DNA of 33,664 nt from an uncultured virus (IMG/VR IMGVR_UViG_3300028591_000145) (IMGVR_UViG_3300028591_000145); one strand, 5' to 3'; positions 1 through 8,354 are shown, numbered from the stretch's first letter. Numbers and translations: made by a program. The notes: generated by a model not told the origin, from the letters alone.

Positions 1-1
1 T

Positions 2-1222
2 AAACAGTGCGTCATCATTTTTTCCTTCTTTTCTCAAGTCTTCATACAGGTTATTCGGGATCACATCATTATAGTACCAATCCACAAATTCTGAAGTATA
101 GCAATTAGGTATCCGTATACATGGAAATGAAAACCATGCCCAATTAAACTGTACTACTCCTATCATATTTACATTTCCACCGTCATTTACCTGATTACTA
201 AATCCTGCTGCAAGTCCTGTATTATGTTCCTCCGTCAATTCTTTAAATCGACTGCTAATTACAACATCATCTTGTAAATGCCATATGCCACCTAAGTAGT
301 TCTGATTTTTAGCAACCCATTTCATACTTTTTACGAACGAATCAAGATTGCCTACACCTTCTTTATCTTGCCATACAATGATATTATCTTTTGAAATACC
401 TTGGTCAATCATTGAAGGAACTAGGTACTTATTTACATACCACATGCGTTTCTTACATGCATGAATCATGTATGCCATACTTAACCGTGTCTTTTTTGAT
501 TTTAAGAAATTTTTTGACTTGCGATATTTCGCTATTTGTTCAAACGTATATTCTGAGTACTCTACCACTTCTGGCTGTTCCCACCATGTTTTGATCGCCG
601 CATAATGGATTACTTTTGGATCACCTTGAAATTCCGTAAATAATGTACCATTATATGTTCCCGGCATTTCATATACATGACCTTGACAAAACTCCGTAAA
701 TGCATCTTGTTCAATCCACGGATGTTGGTTCGTGTTTAATTCATCTATTACACGGTCAACCATACCATCACGTAATTTCTTTAGGTTAAACAGGCACACA
801 CCGATGTTGTAATATATAAAACCATTTTTGCAACGGTCAGGTTCTTTTGATGCTGAAAAATAGTAATCATCTATCGGCAAATCCCATATATCTGAAATAT
901 CTTGATCCACAATGGTATCTACATCTAATGATAGGATTCTGTCTAAATCTGGGAATAACTTCGAATACGTTGCCCTCATCATAGACATATAAGTAAAATG
1001 AGAGTGCATATTTGCACCATTAGGTTGAAAAAATGTCTGACCGGATACATTTATGCACTCTATCTCATTGGGAAGTGTATGAGGGAAAATATCATCTTCT
1101 ATAAGGAAGTATATTTTTTCTACATCTGAGTTAAGAAGCAGCGATTTAGCTGCTGTCACCATATATGGGTATAAATTACGTGTTCCGCTATAAGCAGCAA
1201 CTTTACTGAGTCTCTTCTTCAT
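2..1222 (-). CDS. Two-domain glycosyltransferase (N-terminal GT8-like plus a second putative GT-A domain), truncated at the window edge
   Basis: Not in the ORF track because it has no stop in the window. Manual translation from ATG 1222: MKKRLSKVAAYSGTRNLY...DRILSLDVDTIVDQDISDIWDL...YNIGVCLFNL...WIEQDAF...VIHYA (GT8 hallmarks: DxD, NxGV, EQD, IHY). It continues in frame into MAYMIHACKKRMWYV...WHLQDDVVIS. Confidence 0.8.
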   Translation of the reverse strand, partial: MKKRLSKVAAYSGTRNLYPYMVTAAKSLLLNSDVEKIYFLIEDDIFPHTLPNEIECINVSGQTFFQPNGANMHSHFTYMSMMRATYSKLFPDLDRILSLDVDTIVDQDISDIWDLPIDDYYFSASKEPDRCKNGFIYYNIGVCLFNLKKLRDGMVDRVIDELNTNQHPWIEQDAFTEFCQGHVYEMPGTYNGTLFTEFQGDPKVIHYAAIKTWWEQPEVVEYSEYTFEQIAKYRKSKNFLKSKKTRLSMAYMIHACKKRMWYVNKYLVPSMIDQGISKDNIIVWQDKEGVGNLDSFVKSMKWVAKNQNYLGGIWHLQDDVVISSRFKELTEEHNTGLAAGFSNQVNDGGNVNMIGVVQFNWAWFSFPCIRIPNCYTSEFVDWYYNDVIPNNLYEDLRKEGKNDDALF

Positions 1223-1547
1223 ATTCCATTTTTTCTTGTTCAGCCATTTTCTTTAGCTGTCTTATTAACTTTCGCTGCGCCCTACGTTTTAAATCCGCAT
1301 AAGCCATAAAGCTTATTTTGTAATGTTCAGGTGATTCAGCTTCTTCCCCGGTCATATAATGAGTACCTATAACTCTTCTATGAAGATGTTTCAGATGGAA
1401 AGAACCGAAATCCTTTATCTGGACATTTTTTTCTTTCATGATTGAATCACCAATCACCTTGAAAATATTTGTGAATATCTTTTCTACCGTTTCATGGTCA
1501 CAACCAGTATTCTTTTCAACGGCTTTTATTATGTTTTTCTCTGTCAT
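1203..1547 (-). CDS. HU/IHF-family DNA-binding protein, divergent paralogue with C-terminal extension
   Basis: VQIKDFGSF...HYMTGE...KISF matches the HU/IHF fold pattern. Confidence 0.8.
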   Translation of the reverse strand: MTEKNIIKAVEKNTGCDHETVEKIFTNIFKVIGDSIMKEKNVQIKDFGSFHLKHLHRRVIGTHYMTGEEAESPEHYKISFMAYADLKRRAQRKLIRQLKKMAEQEKMEYEEETQ

Positions 1548-1574
1548 ATCTAATCTCCGTCAAAATAAAATAAA

Positions 1575-1661
1575 TGGGTGAACGTGGAATCGAACCACGG
1601 GTGTTTCTCATGTAACAGATTTACAGTCTGCCGTAACTCAACCAACAGTTACCTTTCACCC
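1575..1661 (-). tRNA. tRNA-Tyr(GUA), no encoded CCA
   Basis: Acceptor GGGTGAA/TTCACCC; anticodon arm GCAGA-CTGTAAA-TCTGT; long variable arm; T arm CGTGG-TTCGATT-CCACG. Confidence 0.92.
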
Positions 1662-1664
1662 ATA

Positions 1665-2221
1665 TCTGCAAGGAGCCTTCACTCTACAGATGTATTATCG
1701 CCGTAATATTCAGTCACCGTTCTAACAAGTCTGAGCCTATGAATCGTCATCCATAAACTTCTTGCCAGTCTACAGCCTAACTGTACTGTAGAAAATAACG
1801 GATGGAATCGGTTCTCCACAACTAAATTCACGCAACATTCAGATTTTCATCATCTTTTAATGTTAAAATGTCGATTTGCGCTACTCGCTCTTTGCTCCGG
1901 TCTTATAGAATCATTTCTGACTCGCAACGACATAAATGGCTTGTTTGGTGTTCCGTATAGAGCCACATCAGTACCACCTGACGCAGATATACGGTTATTC
2001 TCCACAGGAGCGTCTATTTCACCACCGACCGTTCACAAAAACCTTTTACTCACGATAACCAACTGCGCTTACGCTTGAAGTTAACTGCTCCATGTTCCAG
2101 TCTTCCCGGTTTCGTTACCTTATACCGGATGTCTCACCATGCCAATATCTCGACATTTCAGGCACTTCATCCGCGCAACCCATGCATGTTGTCTACACAA
2201 TCTTCACATGGTTCTTACAGA
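1665..2221 (-). ncRNA. ROOL-like large structured ncRNA (~557 nt)
   Basis: Gap between two tRNAs with no convincing ORF. Ends pair (5' TCTGTAAG with 3' CTTGCAGA) and there are internal hairpins. Blocks GGTGAAATAGACGC..GAGAATA, GAGTAGCGC, CTGAATGTTGCGTGAA, GCTCAGAC, GTGACTGAA and AGAGTGAAG appear in the order I recall for ROOL RNAs. Size and phage/tRNA context fit ROOL. Not verified by covariance search. Confidence 0.8.
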
Positions 2222-2245
2222 AATTCCGCGAAAAATCACGGATAA

Positions 2246-2317
2246 TAGCAGGTGTGGGAATCGAACCCACGATAGCTGCCTTATGAGGGCAGAGCCTTAC
2301 CACTTGGCGAACCTGCA
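2246..2317 (-). tRNA. tRNA with CAU anticodon (Met, fMet or Ile2; identity unresolved), no encoded CCA
   Basis: TGCAGGT/ACCTGCT acceptor; D arm GCC-AAGTGGTAA-GGC; anticodon arm CTGCC-CTCATAA-GGCAG; T arm GTGGG-TTCGATT-CCCAC. Confidence 0.92.
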
Positions 2318-2669
2318 ATATTGCTCATAGGTGCGTAAAGGAGTTAAACCTACGAGCAAGTACGACACACAGGGATTTGCGCCCCATTTACATCCACATC
2401 TATGCAGTGCGCCCTAATCAGCAGAGGTAGGGTTGTGGCATTTTTTGTCGCGGTCTGCACATGTCATTCTGCAAAATGCTACTCGCACTTAGCATTCGCA
2501 TAAACTCCGTCAAGTTTTGAAACTCTTAACAGGACTCCTCGTCCTAACGGAGCGGAGAAATCTTCAATGTCAAAGGCAAAAAACAACCTCATCATGGAAG
2601 ATGCATCCTGCCCGTGGGCATGACCCCACGGTACATCCCTTTCGGATTACAGGCAAATCAAGGAGTATG

Positions 2670-2945
2670 TTAAACGGCATCCTTCAGAAGTTTGCCGGGT
2701 TTGAACCTGACTACGGTTCTGGTTGGAATCGTAATTTCCTCACCTGTGCTTGGATTACGGCCTTTCCTCTCAGGCTTTTCTTTAACTGAGAATGTTCCGA
2801 ATCCTGTAAGCTGTACTGTGTCACCATCTTCAAGTGACTCCTGAATGAAGTCAAGCACAACTCTGAGCGAAGCTGCTGCTTCAATCTGCTTCAGTCCTAC
2901 TCTATCAACAAGAGCGGCTACAATGTCTGTTTTTGTCTGAACCAT
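2670..2945 (-). CDS. hup: DNA-binding protein HU
   Basis: VQLTGFGTFSVKEKPERKGRNPSTGEEITIP...VRFKPGKLLKDAV is canonical HU. Confidence 0.95.
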   Translation of the reverse strand: MVQTKTDIVAALVDRVGLKQIEAAASLRVVLDFIQESLEDGDTVQLTGFGTFSVKEKPERKGRNPSTGEEITIPTRTVVRFKPGKLLKDAV

Positions 2946-3118
2946 ATTGTTCTCCTAGCGTATAAGCAAAAAAATTGAATTTATAGTAAATAACATGACT
3001 GAAAACCAGTAAAGCGGATCGTATTTGAGATTATCTTTAACGATTATACAAAGCCCGAACAAAACAGCCAGACCTGCATTTAAACATGCAACTATGCCCT
3101 TTATTACCGTTATATACA

Positions 3119-3493
3119 TCATTCCATGATTCTCTCCAATACAGCTTCAGCAATCTTATGTGTATCAGCTATGTCATTTTCCCTACATTCTCTCAATGCA
3201 GACTCGATTGAATATATCCATGCTTCGCGTAAATCTTCATCGAACTGTAATTGCAACGATAGAAACTTTATCGCTTCACGAATTGAATCCGTGTCAAATA
3301 TGCCTTGAATCTTTGCAAATTCATCTATATCAGATACAGCATTATAAGTTATAGTTGCTACTGGTATTGAATTAGGCGAATATTCAATGCAGATATTTGA
3401 TATATTATGCTGTTCTATTCCGTTGATATAGACTTTGTGGACTGTATTATTTTCGTTTATTGATTCGACTTTGATTTTACTTAATAATGGCAT
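3119..3493 (-). CDS. Hypothetical protein
   Basis: 124-aa ORF with AAGGTG RBS. Confidence 0.65.
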   Translation of the reverse strand: MPLLSKIKVESINENNTVHKVYINGIEQHNISNICIEYSPNSIPVATITYNAVSDIDEFAKIQGIFDTDSIREAIKFLSLQLQFDEDLREAWIYSIESALRECRENDIADTHKIAEAVLERIME

Positions 3494-3550
3494 TATTTGT
3501 TATACACCTTAATCATGCATCTACTTCTCCAAACTTTTAGTTAGATTATG

Positions 3551-3579
3551 TTGAAATCTTAAACTAAATAGTGTATAGT
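3551..3579 (+). promoter_or_regulatory. SigA-type promoter of the XRE gene
   Basis: TTGAAA-17 nt-TATAGT upstream of an AAAGGGG RBS. Confidence 0.55.
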
Positions 3580-3613
3580 TATATCATTATAACAACGTAG
3601 AAAGGGGATATAT

Positions 3614-3826
3614 ATGAATTCCGTGAATGATGTTATCAAGACAATTATGAAAGATCACAAAGTGTCTCAGGCTGATTTAGCCAGATTATTCCATGTTTCT
3701 CCACAAGCCATATATAACAAGTTTCAACGTGGTACTTGGAATGTAGATGAAGTTATCAAGATACTAGATAGTGTAAACTGTAAACTGGTTGTAGAAGATG
3801 GTTCTATACGGAAATACTGTTTCTAG
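3614..3826 (+). CDS. XRE/Cro-like helix-turn-helix protein
   Basis: VSQADLARLFHVSPQAIYNKF HTH; strong RBS. Confidence 0.85.
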   Translation: MNSVNDVIKTIMKDHKVSQADLARLFHVSPQAIYNKFQRGTWNVDEVIKILDSVNCKLVVEDGSIRKYCF

Positions 3827-4341
3827 CCTTTTTATTTTTTTAAAAATTTTTGAATACAGTGTTTATTGATTTATTATGGGATATCTTATGGATACCCCTT
3901 TTTTGTTTTGAGAATAGTTGAAGTGGTAGCATTGCGGCCACGGTGCGGTCGATGCAGACCCCTGTCGAGTCATTTCGGCGGCACGTCTTCTCCTGCGATC
4001 CGTCAAAACAAAAAATATCACGGTCGAAAAAATTACACACCCTTTTCACGTATGGACGCACCTATTTCAGCATAATCACATCTATTCGGTTTTTGTTCAA
4101 TCTGCACAAATCATTGAAAGAGTGGGTAATACTGCACAATGTATAGCACTTGTATTTGTGTAATATATATAACACTTTTATCTCATGTATTCGTTTAATT
4201 CTGACTAAACGAACACTTGATTATTAACTTATCAAAATGCACAATTTATGCTGTTTTTCGCTCAACTTTTTAACTATATTTCACAACGCTTTTTGACGGA
4301 TGCAAGCAAGCTGTATTTGCTGATCCGCAATGCATTTACAA

Positions 4342-4947
4342 TCATTCATCAAGCTGCGGCTTTTCTGGTAACGATGCGCTTGCATATCTTGCAGCAATTT
4401 CAGCAGCGGACTCATGCTGTGTTTGTTGCGTCTGGATCGTTAGCACATTGTCATTGTCTCTGTATCCGTATTTGGCTTTCAGCAAAAACATTGAACCGAT
4501 CCCGTTGTTTTCCACTGTCTTTTCTACTAATCCGGATTCACAGATATCATACCATTTTTTCACAATCGTAGTATCATTTTTGCTTATTCTCTCATGCCCA
4601 TTACTTAATACACCATTTTTTACATCTCCAAGATTATGACTATCTATTCTAACTAAACAACAAAACGTAATAATCTTTGGTGTATTATTATATTTATAAC
4701 ACAATGGTTTGTATATATTCTGGAATACGTGATCTAATAACTCATAGTCGATACTGCCATATTTTTCTCTGTTCAATAACTGTTTTATACAGTGCGTATA
4801 TAAGTATTCTAGCATACCAGTAAAAACCATTGGCTTATATACCATGTTTTCATCCGGAAGACTGTTTATATACTCATCACAATAAAGCTGTATATCACTG
4901 TCATAAACCTGTATTCCGTTGTTTTCTGCTAATATACATTCATCCAT
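4342..4947 (-). CDS. Probable terminase small subunit / DNA-packaging protein
   Basis: C-terminal NGIGSMFLLKAKYGYRD motif typical of P22-gp3-like small terminases; 201 aa. Confidence 0.6.
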   Translation of the reverse strand: MDECILAENNGIQVYDSDIQLYCDEYINSLPDENMVYKPMVFTGMLEYLYTHCIKQLLNREKYGSIDYELLDHVFQNIYKPLCYKYNNTPKIITFCCLVRIDSHNLGDVKNGVLSNGHERISKNDTTIVKKWYDICESGLVEKTVENNGIGSMFLLKAKYGYRDNDNVLTIQTQQTQHESAAEIAARYASASLPEKPQLDE

Positions 4948-5172
4948 AATCTGTTAATAATGTTTAACTGTAGTTATATTTATATAATCTATATATTACT
5001 GTTCTGGGATTTGCTAAAGCAATTAGATAGATTTAACTATGGTTTTACTATACATATCTATATAATATATATTTAATTATCCATATACTTCATAAATCCG
5101 GTGCAAATCGTCCAGACTTGTTAAAAATATTTGCAATTTTCGTGTATTTCGAGCTTGTCTGAACTGTATGCA

Positions 5173-5202
5173 ATTATACCACTATTTGCAATTTTCTGTC
5201 AA
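5173..5202 (-). promoter_or_regulatory. SigA-type promoter upstream of the terS-like gene
   Basis: TTGACA-18 nt-TATAAT with extended TG. Confidence 0.6.
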
Positions 5203-5794
5203 TTCATAAATTATGAAACTTTTGTGAATTGTGCATTTTCTCCGTTTTGACGGAAAACAATTTGTTTTTCTGTCTGACTATTTGACTTTTATATAAATAT
5301 GCCGTTCTCACGCCATGTAATACTTATTCGTCAATTTGCACAATACGCTTACGCGTAATATGTCAAAACTGCACAATATGTGAATTGTGTATAAAATCCG
5401 CACAATTTAACAGGTGTATTATTTACCCGGATGCGTGGTGGTTCCATGCTTTACCCGGTGCGGTTCATTGCGGCTTTACCCGTCCTAAATTGCCATATTT
5501 CGCTTGTGCGGGCTTTTCATGCATCAATGGTATATTTCCACGGATGGACGCGCAAAAGCATTGTAAAGCATTTTAGGACGTTCCAAGATGCTTTTCAAGT
5601 CGTGGGTGTATCTGTATTGATGATCTGGGGAAATAGGCTTTATAATGGCGTTTTGTCCTCTGTTCGCGTTCTATGCCGTTCTGATAGAAATATATGGTTC
5701 AATTCATAAAACGCATCATGGGCGATTGTATGACGTTATGTGGCATGATATGACAGGCAGTCACGCGTTTATGCGATATGCAAAAAAAGGCAAT

Positions 5795-5820
5795 AAAAAA
5801 AGCGGTTTTCAAGCCGCTTT
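5795..5820 (-). terminator. Intrinsic terminator
   Basis: AAAGCGG stem-loop followed by a U-run on the minus strand, at the end of CDS 5809-6225. Confidence 0.7.
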
Positions 5821-6225
5821 ATAATCGTTAATCTTCTTTATGATTTCGTCTGTTATCCTTTTATGTCGCTTGCAATGTCTCCACTGGTACAGGTGCGCTA
5901 TTTCGTGCGCGATTACATCAATCAAAGTTTTAGGTTCAAGTGTTGGTATTTGTTCAGATTCTTTTAACCACTTCTCATGTATAAACCATGTATCAATGGT
6001 TATTATTGTGTCGCCTTGTAGCGGATTTTCCGGGTTATCAGTGATGCAACAACCGAGTGCTTCTTTGTGCTTTCCGTTATATAAATCATGGTTGTACGCT
6101 ATGATCTGCACCGTGCAACTTGTAGCGGCCTTACATCTATTAACTATAGAATGAAACCAGTTCATTTCCTCATCGGTAAGTTTTTCGTTTCCGAAAAAAT
6201 CATATTCTGTCATTTCTTTAATCAT
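5809..6225 (-). CDS. Zincin-like (SprT-like) HExxH metalloprotein
   Basis: DVIAHEIAHL...H motif. Confidence 0.7.
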   Translation of the reverse strand: MIKEMTEYDFFGNEKLTDEEMNWFHSIVNRCKAATSCTVQIIAYNHDLYNGKHKEALGCCITDNPENPLQGDTIITIDTWFIHEKWLKESEQIPTLEPKTLIDVIAHEIAHLYQWRHCKRHKRITDEIIKKINDYKAA

Positions 6226-6325
6226 ATTTATATTCTCTCCTTTTTCTGTGTGTCCTGTCTCTCTGTCTTCTGGAATGTGAAAGCGGTTTTCCCCGCTTTA
6301 CCCGGCGGGGATCGGGCTTGTTGTT

Positions 6326-6511
6326 TTATTTTCTGTTTGTGAACTCCCATTCGTCAACTTCTGCGTCACTCTTGAAACCCTTCCAAACCTTCAGCACTTT
6401 GTAACCGTTTGCTCTTAGGTCTTCTGCAAATTCTGCGTTGCTTTTGTAATCATCGTATCTTTTAATGCTGAGTCCGTTTGTTCCTCTTACCAGTGCTGTT
6501 CTCATTGTCAT
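6326..6511 (-). CDS. Hypothetical protein
   Basis: 61 aa; AAGGAG RBS; directly downstream of a promoter. Confidence 0.7.
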   Translation of the reverse strand: MTMRTALVRGTNGLSIKRYDDYKSNAEFAEDLRANGYKVLKVWKGFKSDAEVDEWEFTNRK

Positions 6512-6549
6512 TTCCTTATTCTCCTTTCTATGTTGTTTTCCATACTCTT

Positions 6550-6577
6550 ATTATATCACTCTGACAGTATTATTCAA
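6550..6577 (-). promoter_or_regulatory. SigA-type promoter
   Basis: TTGAAT-16 nt-TATAAT with extended TG; similar to the promoter at 7815-7843. Confidence 0.65.
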
Positions 6578-6804
6578 TACGTATTTATCAATTCTAATAC
6601 TTTCATCACATTGCACAATTATGTATCCGGTTTTTGTGCATTTTTTATAAGCTGTGTTTCTGGTGCATTCCGGTCATTTTCGCTCTAATCGCGTTTTATA
6701 TCGCACTGGTATAAATCTAAGCACTCACGCATAAAAGCCAATACAGGGCATTACAGGACGTTACACAGACAGATAAAGCGATTTATTGACGGAAGACAGG
6801 ACAC

Positions 6805-6835
6805 AAAAAAAAGAGCGGTTTCTGATCCGCTCTTT
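6805..6835 (-). terminator. Intrinsic terminator
   Basis: AAAGAGCGG/CCGCTCTTT hairpin plus U-run. Confidence 0.8.
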
Positions 6836-7016
6836 ATATGCCAATTTCTTTTTTTATTAGTTCCGTGATCCATGCATTCACGGACATATTTTTTTTACAT
6901 GCTTCTGCTTTTATCTTCTCTTTGCTGCCCTTCGGCAACATCAAACCGATTTTGTCATATTTGGCAGAATTATATGCATTCTGCCTGTTATATTGCTTTT
7001 TTTTCGCTTCTCTCAT
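6834..7016 (-). CDS. Ribbon-helix-helix (Arc/CopG-like) DNA-binding protein
   Basis: YDKIGLMLPKGSKEKIKAEACKKNMSVNAWITELI. Start moved to ATG 7016 (ATGA overlap with the upstream ORF). Confidence 0.75.
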   Translation of the reverse strand: MREAKKKQYNRQNAYNSAKYDKIGLMLPKGSKEKIKAEACKKNMSVNAWITELIKKEIGI

Positions 7017-7171
7017 TCTTTCGCCCTCTTTGCGTTCTGATCCCACAGTTCTGCAAGTTCCTGTATAACTTCATTATACAGGTTTCCGAAATACTCGTTA
7101 TTATCCGGGCTTGTAATTTCCGGGTTTGGCATATTTCTGATAACTTCTTCACCCATAATCATATTATACAT
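7013..7171 (-). CDS. Small hypothetical protein (52 aa)
   Basis: MYNMIMGEEVIRNMPNPEITSPDNNEYFGNLYNEVIQELAELWDQNAKRAKE; AAGGAG RBS; below the ORF-track cutoff. Confidence 0.65.
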   Translation of the reverse strand: MYNMIMGEEVIRNMPNPEITSPDNNEYFGNLYNEVIQELAELWDQNAKRAKE

Positions 7172-7210
7172 TTTTTTCTCCTTTTCTTCTGCTGCTTCTT
7201 CTGTTCCTGA

Positions 7211-7266
7211 TCCGCTTGACTCTGCATTTCCACGGGCTTGTCACCGTCCTCTGGCTGCATTAAGTT
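7211..7266 (-). ncRNA. Twister ribozyme (type P1), copy A
   Basis: CUUAAUGCAGCC-AGAGG-ACGG-UGACAAGC-CCGU-GGAAA-UGCA-GAGUC-AAG: UAA cleavage site, P2 UGCA/UGCA, P4 ACGG/CCGU, T1 GAC/GUC, T2 GC/GC. P1 is short. Confidence 0.85.
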
Positions 7267-7306
7267 GCCCTCGTAACCTCCGGGGCGGGATACTTCATAG
7301 TGTTAT

Positions 7307-7459
7307 TTATTCTCCATTGTAAACCGCTACCACATGTCCTTCGGCTAAGTAATAATAACTGTACTCACCAAGCACATCATCTCTGATGTAGGTATCGAAC
7401 TCCGTAATGGACTTCTCGCTCACAATTTTGATTGTGCCAAACTCCCATGTTTTAAGCAT
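7307..7459 (-). CDS. Small acidic hypothetical protein (50 aa) between two twister ribozymes
   Basis: MLKTWEFGTIKIVSEKSITEFDTYIRDDVLGEYSYYLAEGHVVAVYNGE; AAGGGAG RBS. Confidence 0.65.
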   Translation of the reverse strand: MLKTWEFGTIKIVSEKSITEFDTYIRDDVLGEYSYYYLAEGHVVAVYNGE

Positions 7460-7493
7460 TTTATTCTCCCTTCTTTTCTTTTATCCTCTGTTT

Positions 7494-7550
7494 TCCGCTT
7501 GCTCTGCATCTTCCCCTGCTTGCAACGGGCTTTCGGCTGCATTAAGCGGA
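7494..7550 (-). ncRNA. Twister ribozyme (type P1), copy B
   Basis: UCCGCUU-AA-UGCA-GCCGAAAG-CCCG-UUGCAAGC-AGGG-GAAGA-UGCA-GAGC-AAGCGGA: perfect P1, T1 GC/GC, one G-A mismatch in P4. Confidence 0.85.
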
Positions 7551-7563
7551 TAAACCGCTTTTG

Positions 7564-7785
7564 TTATGCTGTGAATGCTTTTGTCACTTCTTTTTGAAAC
7601 TCTTCTTTTATGTCTTCCAGTTCTCTTTCGTACCAGTTATTCAGGTTTATAATATCTTGTGCATATGCTCCGATTACCTGAAAACTCTTTTCATACTGTT
7701 TTTTCAACCGAGCTTTTTTCTGCTCCATCTTGTTATAAGCTGCTTCAATCTTCTTTTCTGTTGTCATCATGTCCTTTTTCTCCAT
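7564..7785 (-). CDS. Hypothetical coiled-coil protein
   Basis: 73 aa; first gene after the promoter at 7815-7843. Confidence 0.7.
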   Translation of the reverse strand: MEKKDMMTTEKKIEAAYNKMEQKKARLKKQYEKSFQVIGAYAQDIINLNNWYERELEDIKEEFQKEVTKAFTA

Positions 7786-7814
7786 TCTTTTGTTGCTTTC
7801 CTTTTGATGTACTT

Positions 7815-7843
7815 ATCTTATCACTTCTGTTAGTATTATGCAA
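7815..7843 (-). promoter_or_regulatory. SigA-type promoter
   Basis: TTGCAT-17 nt-TAAGAT with extended TG. Confidence 0.6.
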
Positions 7844-8123
7844 TACATATTTATCAATATTATGCTGTTCTCCGTTTTGCACAATTTACGCATTCTGTAT
7901 TTGTACATTATGTACAATTCGGCTTTCTGCTGCGGTTCCGGTCATTTTCCAGGCGATCCGCTTTTTATACTGCCTGATTTCCCTGTATCGCGCTGTGTTC
8001 CTCTGGTATAGATTTATACGGATATTGACGTTATCGTCCATTGTGGCGCGTTCTGTGGCTTTATACGGTCACTGGTAGAAGTCTGGAAGACAGACAATTA
8101 TATTTTTACGGATTACATACCAG

Positions 8124-8153
8124 AAAAAGAAAAGAGCCGCTTTTTTAACGGCT
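8124..8153 (-). terminator. Intrinsic terminator
   Basis: GAGCCG/CGGCTC hairpin plus U-run. Confidence 0.7.
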
Positions 8154-8354
8154 CCATTCTTTTGTATTTATATATTCTGAATACCTTACAAATATAGTTC
8201 CTTTTTCATGCTCGCACATATATTTGTATTTTTCCCGCGCTTCTTCTTCTGTCGCTGCGTATAATAAAACGTCAGTATTCCAGTTTCTATCCACGTTGAA
8301 CACTTCATAACCTGCTTTCATGTCCAGAAATCTATTTTTCATTTCTCTTTTCAT
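8145..8354 (-). CDS. Hypothetical protein
   Basis: 69 aa; AGAGG RBS; downstream of ardA. Confidence 0.65.
   Translation of the reverse strand: MKREMKNRFLDMKAGYEVFNVDRNWNTDVLLYAATEEEAREKYKYMCEHEKGTIFVRYSEYINTKEWSR

Noticed and set aside
391..594. 67-aa plus-strand ORF
   Set aside because: Shadow of the minus-strand glycosyltransferase.
1860..2789. Plus-strand ORFs 1860-2078, 2092-2286, 2139-2330 and 2517-2789
   Set aside because: Antisense to the ROOL-like RNA, tRNA and hup; no RBS or recognisable motifs.
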